Source: Candidatus Saccharimonadota bacterium
GTDB lineage: Bacteria; Bacteroidota; Bacteroidia; Cytophagales; Amoebophilaceae
DNA length: 32,000 bases
NCBI RefSeq assembly: GCF_964030745.1
Contig: NZ_OZ034918.1
Location: 690,001 to 722,000, forward strand
Reading direction: 5' to 3'
Part shown: one piece after another, positions 1-7,020 of the stretch
Layout of the letters: the number at the start of each line of letters is the position of its first letter
Position numbering within the stretch: the first letter of the stretch is position 1
Notes under the pieces: generated by a model
What the model was told of the DNA's origin: nothing
Seen by the model: only the letters and a program-made list of their open reading frames with translations
Database searches by the model: none
Made by a program: the position numbers and the translations under genes

Positions 1-212
1 CCACTTATTCCGGTTATCCTGGGGGGTTAAAGCGTGCTACGCTTCAGGAAGTTCAAGCTATTAGTCCTAGGCGTGTAATAGAGCGTGCTGTAAAAGGTAT
101 GTTGCCTAAAAATAGATTGGGAAGAAGGTTGTTTCACAATCTACATGTTTGTCAGGGGGATATTCATCCATATGCAGCTCAAAAGCCAACCCCAATAACC
201 CTAAAATACTAA
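1..212 (+). CDS. rplM: 50S ribosomal protein L13, C-terminal part (5' end outside window)
   Basis: Frame 3 reads [69 protein letters not shown], with stop TAA at 210-212. The GYPGG and AVKGMLPKN pattern is typical of L13, and rpsI follows as in the conserved rplM-rpsI pair. It is absent from the ORF track because no start lies in the window. Confidence 0.9.
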   Translation, partial: TYSGYPGGLKRATLQEVQAISPRRVIERAVKGMLPKNRLGRRLFHNLHVCQGDIHPYAAQKPTPITLKY

Positions 213-222
213 TTATTAACCC

Positions 223-612
223 ATGGAAACAGTCAATGCAGTAGGGCGAAGAAAGACCGCCGTGGCTAGGGTCTATCTTGTACAAGGGACAGGAGATATT
301 CTCATTAATCATAAGCCGCTTTTAGATTATTTTCCAGTAGAAGAAATTAGCTTAATTGTCAAGCAACCTTTGGAAAAATTGGATAAGGCAGGCCAGTATA
401 ATTTAAAGATTAATGTTGTTGGTGGAGGGTTACGTGGGCAGGCGGAAGCCATTCGTTTGGGTATTGCCAGGGCGCTTTGTAAACTGGATTTAGAAAACAA
501 TAGGCCGATACTCAAGAAAGAAGGGTTTTTAACCAGGGATGCTAGAATAGTGGAACGTAAGAAGTATGGTCGTAAAAAGTCGAGAAAGAAATTCCAGTTT
601 ACAAAGCGTTAG
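223..612 (+). CDS. rpsI: 30S ribosomal protein S9
   Basis: 129-aa ORF with GRRKTAVARV, GGGLRGQAEAIRLGIARAL, LTRDARIVERKKYGRKKSRKKFQFTKR, the canonical S9 signature and basic C-terminus. Confidence 0.97.
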   Translation: METVNAVGRRKTAVARVYLVQGTGDILINHKPLLDYFPVEEISLIVKQPLEKLDKAGQYNLKINVVGGGLRGQAEAIRLGIARALCKLDLENNRPILKKEGFLTRDARIVERKKYGRKKSRKKFQFTKR

Positions 613-653
613 GCCTATTCTCATATAATAGTTATTATTTGTTATTACCCATA

Positions 654-1553
654 ATGATAAAGTTAGAATTCAAAGCACTACTTGATGCGGGTGTCCATTT
701 TGGCCATCTGACTAGGAAATGGAATCCTAAGATGGCTCCTTTTATTTTTATGAAGCAGAATGGTATACATATCATTGACCTAAACAAAACGATTACCTGT
801 ATGCAAGAAGCTGCTTTGCAGCTTAATGCAATGGCACAAGCTGGGAAAAAGATTTTGTTTGTCGCTACTAAGAAGCAAGTTAAAGCTTCTGTAGAGCAGG
901 CAGCGCAGGATTTGGGTATGCCCTATGTTACAGAACGATGGCTCGGTGGTACACTGACTAATTTTGTAAATACGCGCAAGCTATTAAAACGCATGCTTTC
1001 CATAGAAAAAAACATGCATATGGCTGCTTATAAAAATTTAGCAAAAAAAGAAAGGTTGGTCATTGCGCGGGAGCAGGAAAAGCTCAGTAGAATACTGCAG
1101 GGACTGGCCAATGTTACAAGGCTTCCATCTGCACTGTTTGTCATTGATATCAAGGAAGAGCATATTGCTGTTGAGGAAGCGCGCAAATTGGGTATTCCTG
1201 TTTTTGCCTTGGTAGATACCAATACAAATCCAGATTTGGTTGATTTTCCTATTCCTGGTAATGATGATGCCTTCCGTTCTGTTGATATTGTAGTCCGTTA
1301 TCTTGCTACTGCCATTAAGGAAGGGGTAGCGGCCTATAGAAAAGAGAAGGCAGAAACAGCTCCTAAAAAAGAAGAAGAGGCTGCTGCTCCTTCAGCTACT
1401 AAAGTAGTAGCTAAAAGAGGCATAAAAGTGGTACAGGGCGTGGTAGTGAAGAAATCCGCTCCTGCTAAAGCTAAAGTGGCTACGCCTGTAGATAAGGGTA
1501 AAGTGGCTGCAGCTGCTGCGCCGCTTAAGGAGCAGACAGAAAAGGAAAAATAA
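654..1553 (+). CDS. rpsB: 30S ribosomal protein S2 with Ala/Lys/Glu-rich C-terminal tail
   Basis: The ORF track starts at TTG 639. The first ATG at 654 gives MIKLEFKALLDAGVHFGH, the canonical S2 N-terminus. Also WLGGTLTNF and ALFVIDIKEEHIAVEEARKLGIPVFALVDTNTNPD. The last ~70 aa are low-complexity A/K/E/V. Confidence 0.95.
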   Translation: MIKLEFKALLDAGVHFGHLTRKWNPKMAPFIFMKQNGIHIIDLNKTITCMQEAALQLNAMAQAGKKILFVATKKQVKASVEQAAQDLGMPYVTERWLGGTLTNFVNTRKLLKRMLSIEKNMHMAAYKNLAKKERLVIAREQEKLSRILQGLANVTRLPSALFVIDIKEEHIAVEEARKLGIPVFALVDTNTNPDLVDFPIPGNDDAFRSVDIVVRYLATAIKEGVAAYRKEKAETAPKKEEEAAAPSATKVVAKRGIKVVQGVVVKKSAPAKAKVATPVDKGKVAAAAAPLKEQTEKEK

Positions 1554-1581
1554 TATTGGGACATTTCTCTAACATTAATAT

Positions 1582-2415
1582 ATGGTCATTACAGCGCAAG
1601 AGGTAGCTGCACTTAGGAAGAGAACAGGTGCAGGGATGATGGATTGTAAAAAAGCATTGATTGCAGCAGAGGGTGATTTTGAGCAAGCTATTGACTTGCT
1701 CAGAAAGAAAGGGCAAAAGGTATTTGCAGATCGTGCAGCACATGATGCAAGTGAAGGTGCTGTTTTTGCTTGTTCAAGTTCGAATCATCAAGAATCTTTC
1801 TTATTGGTGTTGAACTGTGAGACCGACTTTGTAGCTAAAAATGAATTGTTTTTGCAGTTGGGTCAAGCAATTTTGGAAGTTGCAGTGGTGCATAGGCCAG
1901 ATTCTCTGGCTGCACTAGAAGCCTTACCATTGGGTCATGGAACTGTTCAGGAGGCTATTGTGGCATCTACTGGAACTACTGGTGAAAAAATTACAATTTC
2001 TACCTATGAAACATTAGCAGCTGAGGTAACGGTTCCTTATATCCATACTGGTAATCGGTTAGCTGTATTGGTCGGATTACAAGGCGCTCAGGGTGAGCAG
2101 GTGATTGCTGCGGGTAGAGATGTTGCCATGCAAATAGCTGCTATGAATCCCGTAGCGGTTGATAAAGATCAAGTAGACCAGGCGATCGTGGAGAGGGAAT
2201 CGGCTGTTATTCAGGCGCAGCTTATGGAGGAGGGGTGTGATGGAGCCAAGGCAGAGAAAATCACACAAGGTAGGTTACATAAGTTTTTTCAGGAAAATAC
2301 ATTATTGCAGCAACCATTTGTAAAAAATGGTAAGTTGACTGTAGCTCAATATCTTCAAACAATTGCTCCAACCTTAACTGTTACTGCATTCAAGCGCATT
2401 GGCGTGGGTGCATAG
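1582..2415 (+). CDS. tsf: Elongation factor Ts
   Basis: 277-aa ORF. The N-terminal ITAQEVAALRKRTGAGMMDCKKAL motif and CETDFVAKN are EF-Ts hallmarks, and the gene sits directly downstream of rpsB as usual. Confidence 0.96.
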   Translation: MVITAQEVAALRKRTGAGMMDCKKALIAAEGDFEQAIDLLRKKGQKVFADRAAHDASEGAVFACSSSNHQESFLLVLNCETDFVAKNELFLQLGQAILEVAVVHRPDSLAALEALPLGHGTVQEAIVASTGTTGEKITISTYETLAAEVTVPYIHTGNRLAVLVGLQGAQGEQVIAAGRDVAMQIAAMNPVAVDKDQVDQAIVERESAVIQAQLMEEGCDGAKAEKITQGRLHKFFQENTLLQQPFVKNGKLTVAQYLQTIAPTLTVTAFKRIGVGA

Positions 2416-2434
2416 CCTTTCCTTTTATACTCAA

Positions 2435-2475
2435 GAAGCCACTTGTTGCTTAGGTGCATGAAGTGGCTTTTTCTA
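2435..2475 (+). terminator. Rho-independent terminator after tsf
   Basis: gaagccactt (2435-2444) pairs with aagtggcttt (2461-2470), 9 bp plus one G-U, and is followed by a T-rich run. Confidence 0.6.
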
Positions 2476-2527
2476 CTTTTATTTATTTCCTTACCATTTG
2501 TTTTTTAGCCAAAAGAATGCATACTTT

Positions 2528-2660
2528 GTATGCGTTCAACCGATAAAAAGTCTGGCCGGCCATAGTAGTAAACTTTTTGCGGAGGGTGTGATTTTTTGCC
2601 CATTTTTTTCTTGATAAAAAAGTGGGCAAAAATCATTATTAGTCAGTGGCGTGAACAGAC
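2528..2660 (+). repeat. R2-family MITE derivative (internally rearranged)
   Basis: The left end gtatgcgttcaac resembles the R2 terminus gtatctgttcaac. The right part ctttttgcggagggtgtgattttttgcccatttttttcttgataaaaaagtgggc...ggcgtgaacagac parallels the right half of full R2 copies at 8745-8993 and 20604-20852. Confidence 0.65.
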
Positions 2661-2769
2661 AATGGCGCGGGCTTAAGAGATAAATATTATTGACTGTTAA
2701 ATAGAATAGCATTTTTTACATGGAGTATTGGTATACGCAGCACTTATGGCTACCGATAAAAGATTTGGC
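2655..2769 (+). repeat. R4 repeat, copy a
   Basis: cagacaatggcgcgggcttaagagataaatattattgactgttaaatagaatagcattttttacatggagtattggtatacgcagcacttatggctaccgataaaagatttggc is near-identical to 4470-4584. Confidence 0.85.
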
Positions 2770-2907
2770 GCGCAGTAAAGGCAATGAAATAATCTGTTGT
2801 TCAGCGGGAAAAACAGAACTTGCCCACTAATGTGGGCTTCAAACAGGCTGTTTTTCTAATCCGCTGAAAAACAGATTATTTAAAGACTTCCGCTTTACTG
2901 AAGCGCC
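2767..2907. repeat. R5 long imperfect palindrome (~141 bp) with central hairpin
   Basis: Arms: gcgcagtaaag / ctttactgaagcgc; aaataatctgtt (2787-2798) / aacagattattt (2870-2881); cagcgggaaaaacag / ctgtttttctaatccgctg. The central hairpin is gcccac-taat-gtgggc (2822-2837). It interrupts R4a relative to copy R4b. Confidence 0.8.
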
Positions 2908-2989
2908 GCATTCCTTTATCGGTGGCCACAATAGCTTTTCTTATCATTATCAGCCCCCGCGTCTCCTTCGATAAAAAATGGCGCTCTAG

Positions 2990-3134
2990 TAGGCCTCTTG
3001 CAAAACCTACTTTGTGATGAGCAATTTTTAGGAGAAGTGTAGTCGAGCACCGCAGAATACTTAATGTATTTGAGGAGCATAGACAAGCTTCGACACCAAA
3101 ATTGCCATTAGAAATAGGTTTTGCAAGAGGCCTA
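2990..3134 (+). mobile_element. R1 MITE-like palindromic element, complete copy with perfect 20-bp terminal inverted repeats
   Basis: taggcctcttgcaaaaccta (2990-3009) is the exact reverse complement of taggttttgcaagaggccta (3115-3134). The matching uninterrupted site ctctagtaaaac exists at 4917-4928. Homologous copies lie at 15071-15214, 20551-20908 (split) and 27225-27364. Confidence 0.9.
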
Positions 3135-3257
3135 GTAAAACACTAACCCCTAAGCGATATCTTTTTCAGCGGGGGCCCAGCCACAGGCGTGTAATGAAGT
3201 TCCTTAAAAAACTAGAAAAAATGCGTTTTCAACCACAGTGCTGAGTAAAAAAATAAG

Positions 3258-3296
3258 ATAAATTCCTTAAGTTGACGCCATTGCGTGAACAGATGC
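3258..3296 (-). repeat. R4 terminus, inverted orientation, just upstream of mnmA
   Basis: The reverse complement gcatctgttcacgcaatggcgtcaacttaaggaatttat matches gtatctgttcagacaatggtgtcaacttaagagataaat at 4462-4500, with 27 of the first 31 nt identical. Confidence 0.75.
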
Positions 3297-3351
3297 TAAC
3301 ATGCATACCCTTATTAGAAATTAAGATTAACAACCCCTAAGAGGCAACTAA

Positions 3352-4491
3352 ATGAGTAAAAAAGGACGTGTACTGGTAGCCATGAGTGGTGGCATAGATA
3401 GCTCTGTAGCCGCTGTGATGCTGCATGAGCAGGGCTATGAAGTAGTAGGCATTACCATGAAAACATGGAGTTATGCAGGCAGTGGTGGTAAGAAAAAAGA
3501 GACGGGATGTTGCAGCTTAGATGCCATCAATGATGCAAGGAATGTGGCAGTTGAATTGGGCTTCCCACATATTGTGGTGGATATACGAGAAGCATTTGGA
3601 GGCCACGTCATTGACCATTTTAAATCAGAATATCTAGCTGGTAGAACGCCCAATCCATGTGTATTGTGCAATACCCATATCAAATGGGATGCACTTTTGG
3701 CACGTGCCAATCAGTTGGATTGTGATTATCTGGCTACTGGTCATTATGCAAAAGTACGAGAAGAAGGGGGACGTTATATCATTTCCAAGGGCATAGATCC
3801 TAAAAAAGACCAATCCTATGCCCTATGGGGAGTCTCTCAAGAAAGCCTTAGCAGGACTTTACTGCCACTTGGTGGATTTACCAAATCTTTTATTCGTGCA
3901 TTTGCTGCTGAACGTGGCTTCACAGATTTGGTTAATAAGTCTGAGTCCTACGAAATATGTTTTATTCCCGATAATGATTACCGTGGATTCTTAAAACGAC
4001 AAGTACCTGGGTTAGAAGAAAAGGTTAAAGGTGGTGCATTTGTATTAGAGGATGGTACCGTAGTAGGACAGCATGAAGGCTATCCCTTTTATACCATTGG
4101 TCAACGGAAAGGGTTGCATATAGCCTTAGGTTATCCTGTATATGTAACAGCCATAGACAAGGAGACCAATCGAGTCGTATTGGGCACTTTTGACCAACTG
4201 CTTCGGGAGGGTATGTATGTAGATCGGCTTAATTTATCCAAATATATAGATCTAAAGGGCAAAAAACTGGATACCCTTACCAAGGTGAGGTATAACGACC
4301 CAGGAACCCCCGCTGTGATTGAGCAGGTAGGGGAGCAAATGCATGTATTTTTTGGTGCAGGTGTGCATGCCATTACTCCTGGCCAAGCTGCTGTTTTTTA
4401 TGAAGCAGAAGATGTAATAGGAGGGGGATGGATTGTCTCTGCTTTTCAAAAAAAAAGCAGGGTATCTGTTCAGACAATGGTGTCAACTTAA
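3352..4491 (+). CDS. mnmA: tRNA-specific 2-thiouridylase MnmA
   Basis: 379-aa ORF with the PP-loop VAMSGGIDSSVAA, plus NPCVLCN, YLATGHYA and KDQSYALW motifs. The last ~10 codons and the stop lie inside repeat R4b. Confidence 0.95.
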   Translation: MSKKGRVLVAMSGGIDSSVAAVMLHEQGYEVVGITMKTWSYAGSGGKKKETGCCSLDAINDARNVAVELGFPHIVVDIREAFGGHVIDHFKSEYLAGRTPNPCVLCNTHIKWDALLARANQLDCDYLATGHYAKVREEGGRYIISKGIDPKKDQSYALWGVSQESLSRTLLPLGGFTKSFIRAFAAERGFTDLVNKSESYEICFIPDNDYRGFLKRQVPGLEEKVKGGAFVLEDGTVVGQHEGYPFYTIGQRKGLHIALGYPVYVTAIDKETNRVVLGTFDQLLREGMYVDRLNLSKYIDLKGKKLDTLTKVRYNDPGTPAVIEQVGEQMHVFFGAGVHAITPGQAAVFYEAEDVIGGGWIVSAFQKKSRVSVQTMVST

Positions 4492-4584
4492 GAGATAAAT
4501 ATTATTGACTATTAAATAGAACAGCATTTTTTATATCGAGTATTGGTATACCCAGCACTTATGGCCACCGATAAAAGATTTGGC
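4462..4584 (+). repeat. R4 repeat, copy b (overlaps the mnmA 3' end)
   Basis: Near-identical to 2655-2769 and starts with the family terminus gtatctgttca. Confidence 0.85.
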
Positions 4585-4593
4585 TTAGCTATT

Positions 4594-4843
4594 GTATCTA
4601 TTCACGTCACTGGTTAATAATGAATTGTATTCCACTTTTTTCTTGATAAAAAAGTGGACAAAAAATCAAGCCCTCGGTAAAAAGTTGGGGGACCTCACCC
4701 CTTACAGATGGAAAAACAGAAGTCGCCCGCTGCGCGGGCTTCAAAGGAATCTGTTTTTCCTAATCATCTGCAAGGGATGAGGCCTATTTCCCCACTTTTT
4801 ACAGGGGCATTTTTCTACTATGGACATAGCGTTAAACGCATAC
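4594..4843 (-). mobile_element. R2 MITE, full-length copy a (~250 bp), inverted relative to copies b and c
   Basis: It begins gtatctattcacgtcactggttaataatgaattgtattccacttttttcttgataaaaaagtgg and ends ctatggacatagcgttaaacgcatac. It aligns over its full length to the reverse complement of 8745-8993 and 20604-20852. It is more diverged than those copies and has no clean target duplication. Confidence 0.85.
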
Positions 4844-4984
4844 GCTACGTTTGGCTGAAAAAACAAGTGGCTAGTCCATTACCAGCCCCCGCGTCTCCTT
4901 CGATAAAAAAATGGCGCTCTAGTAAAACACTAACCCCTGAGCGATATATTTTTCAGCCCCCACCCACGGCTGTGGGTTATACCT
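4844..4984 (-). repeat. Mosaic R3-related repeat segment
   Basis: gctacgtttggctgaaaaaacaagtggctagtccattaccagcccccgcgtctccttcgataaa parallels the reverse complement of 6775-6840 and also parallels 29340-29403. The remainder parallels 2975-2989 plus 3135-3200. Confidence 0.7.
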
Positions 4985-6592
4985 AAGCAAGAAACTTATT
5001 TATGGCGTTATGATATTTCTAAAAGTTTTGTACTATATTTTTCATTCAGGAGTGCTTTTGCAGTTATGATCGATTGTTTCCCTGGTGCTTAAAGTGCCCG
5101 TTTTTCAGCATGGTTTTGGATAGGAGCGGTTGAACCAATGGTGGTACTATAACCCCGATTAGAAGAATGTATTTATTTAGCTGTTCCAAGCTGAAGCACT
5201 TCTGTTTGTTATAATAAAATTATATAAATAGCATACTGTCATGCAAAAAGGAAAAAAAAGAGAATCATTGCACATTATTCATCCTAACGCAGCAGGTATT
5301 GATATAGGTTCGGAAATACATTATGTATGTGTACCTGAAGGCAGGTGTGAACAAAGAGTTCAAAAATTTAAGTGCTTTACAGAAGATCTCCATAATTTAG
5401 CAAAATGGTTGCAAGCCTGTGAAGTGACCACAGTAGCTATGGAATCAACCGGAGTTTACTGGATTCCGTTATTCCAAATATTAGATTCTTATGGTTTTAG
5501 TGTTCTATTAGTGAATGCAAAACATGTAAAAAATGTTCCTGGTAGGAAGTCAGATGTACAAGATTGTCAGTGGTTACAACAATTACATAGCTATGGTCTA
5601 CTCCAAGGCTCTTTTAGGCCAGATGATGAGATCTGTGTCTTACGTAGCTACATTAGACAAAGAGAAAGTCTGGTCAAAACAGCAGCTATTCATATTAATC
5701 GTATGCAAAAAGCACTGTCTCAAATGAATCTTCAATTACACAAAGTAATAAGAGATATTACGGGTGTAACAGGTATTCGGATTATCGAATCGATACTGTC
5801 AGGCGAGCGCAACGCTGCTAAATTGGCTTCATTAAAAGACTGTAGAATTAAAAGCGATGAGGCTACGATTGCAAAAGCCCTGACAGGAGACTATAGAGCA
5901 GAGCATCTATTTTCTCTAAGGCAGGAGCATAGGCTATACCTTATATATCAGGAAGCAATAGCAGAATGTGATAAAGCTATTGCAGATTATTATAAACAAT
6001 TTGAGACAAAATCTGATTCAGGCCCACCTTGTATTAAAAGCAAAGCTACTTCTACAAAAAACAAGCCGCAGTTTGGTCTGCATGAAGCATTATATCGCGT
6101 AACAGGCGTTGATTTTACGACAATTCCTGGCCTTAGCACTTTAACAGTACAAACTATTGTTTCAGAAGTTGGCATGAACCCGCATAAATGGCCAACAGAC
6201 AAACATTTTTCTTCATGGCTAGGTTTAAGTCCTTCCAATAGAATAACAGGAGAAAAAGTAATAAGTACAAGAACACGTAAAGTAATTAATCGTGCTGCAA
6301 ATGCCTTTAGAATGGCAGCACAAGCAGCATTAAATAGTAAAAGTGCCCTTGGGGCATATGGTAGAAGAATGAAAACCCGATTAGGAGCCCCTAAAGCGAT
6401 TACTGCTACGGCAAGAAAAATAGCGAGTACTTTTTATAACATGCTAAAATTTGGGAAAGGCTATGTCGATAAAGGAATAGAACATTATGAAAAAAAATAC
6501 AAAGAAAGGACCCTAAAATATTTAATCACAAAAGCAAAAGAATTGGGCTATGTAATGGTAAGCCAAACGGAAACATGTACTTGAAGTTTCTT
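4985..6592 (+). mobile_element. IS110-family insertion sequence (boundaries approximate)
   Basis: Single DEDD-type transposase ORF with a ~250-nt non-coding 5' leader and almost no 3' non-coding sequence. Known repeat sequence resumes on both sides, ending near 4984 and restarting near 6593. A 9-bp inverted match aagaaactt (4989-4997) / aagtttctt (6584-6592) is noted, but IS110 elements usually lack TIRs. Confidence 0.5.
5241..6584 (+). CDS. IS110-family (DEDD / RuvC-like) transposase
   Basis: 447 aa. The N-terminal domain carries AAGIDIGS, AMESTGVYW and LLVNAKHVKNVPGRKSDVQDCQWL. The C-terminal Transposase_20-like region carries TTIPGLSTLTVQTIVSEVG and WLGLSPSNRITGEK. The frame is intact. 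Confidence 0.9.
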   Translation: MQKGKKRESLHIIHPNAAGIDIGSEIHYVCVPEGRCEQRVQKFKCFTEDLHNLAKWLQACEVTTVAMESTGVYWIPLFQILDSYGFSVLLVNAKHVKNVPGRKSDVQDCQWLQQLHSYGLLQGSFRPDDEICVLRSYIRQRESLVKTAAIHINRMQKALSQMNLQLHKVIRDITGVTGIRIIESILSGERNAAKLASLKDCRIKSDEATIAKALTGDYRAEHLFSLRQEHRLYLIYQEAIAECDKAIADYYKQFETKSDSGPPCIKSKATSTKNKPQFGLHEALYRVTGVDFTTIPGLSTLTVQTIVSEVGMNPHKWPTDKHFSSWLGLSPSNRITGEKVISTRTRKVINRAANAFRMAAQAALNSKSALGAYGRRMKTRLGAPKAITATARKIASTFYNMLKFGKGYVDKGIEHYEKKYKERTLKYLITKAKELGYVMVSQTETCT

Positions 6593-6596
6593 AGAA

Positions 6597-6656
6597 GCGG
6601 ATTAGAAAATCGTCTGTTTGAAGCCCGCTTGCGGGCTGAGTTCACGATTTTCCCGC
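6597..6656. repeat. R5-like hairpin module
   Basis: gcggattagaaaatcg...gaagcccgcttgcgggct...cgattttcccgc. It is related in reverse orientation to 2803-2868 and to the core of R2 (ggaaaaacag...gaagcccgcg...ctgtttttcc). Confidence 0.7.
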
Positions 6657-6673
6657 TGAAAAATGTATCGATT

Positions 6674-6856
6674 CAGCTATTTACTATCGGGCCAGACTTT
6701 TTATCGAAGGAGATAAGGCGGCCAGCCAGAGGCGTGAATGGATACTAGCTATTTACTTATCGGGCCAGACTGTTTATCGAAGGAGACGCGGGGCTGGTAA
6801 TTTTGGTTAGCCATTTGCTTTTTCAGAAAAGTGTAGCCATAGTGATGAATGGACAC
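6674..6856 (+). repeat. R3 repeat, two tandem units
   Basis: Unit 1 (6674-6745) is cagctatttactatcgggccagactttttatcgaaggagataaggcggccagccagaggcgtgaatggatac. Unit 2 (6746-6856) restarts tagctatttacttatcgggccagactgtttatcgaaggagacgcgggg and ends gccatagtgatgaatggacac. Copies or fragments lie at 8713-9040 and 29322-29403. Confidence 0.8.
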
Positions 6857-7020
6857 TAATATTTGGATAATTATAAAAATTTTTTTACCATTCATTATGG
6901 ATGCTCTAGAACCCTTTTATTAAGTTGCTTTTTTGTTCGTCTTTATGGCGAGCGCTCTTGCTGCAGCTTTCTTTAAAGGGTGACTTTTTCTGTTTTTAGG
7001 AGTGTTTTTTGCATCTATTC

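Noticed and set aside
639-653. TTG start at 639 for rpsB, and TTG at 16245 for the MerR gene, as given by the ORF track
   Set aside because: Downstream ATGs (654 and 16266) give canonical N-termini. The 16245 start would overlap the M23 gene's last codons. The upstream extensions add non-conserved residues.
1780-1795. tRNA genes, suggested by T-loop-like gttcgaatc strings at about 1783 and 16248
   Set aside because: Both lie inside protein-coding sequence (tsf and the M23 3' end). Neither has surrounding acceptor, D or anticodon stems. No convincing cloverleaf was seen anywhere in the intergenic regions.
4592-4986. ORF-track entries 4592-4780 (62 aa) and 4708-4986 (92 aa) as protein genes
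   Set aside because: Both lie entirely inside repeat DNA (R2a plus R3-like mosaic). The 62-aa frame is not preserved in the homologous R2c copy, where the frames diverge after about 35 residues. The 92-aa ORF runs from one repeat into another. The only recurrent frame is reported separately as a low-interest observation.
4989-6592. The 9-bp inverted match aagaaactt / aagtttctt as genuine terminal inverted repeats of the IS110 element
   Set aside because: IS110-family elements generally lack TIRs, and a 9-bp match in AT-rich DNA can be chance. It is used only as a rough boundary hint, and the true ends need other copies for comparison.
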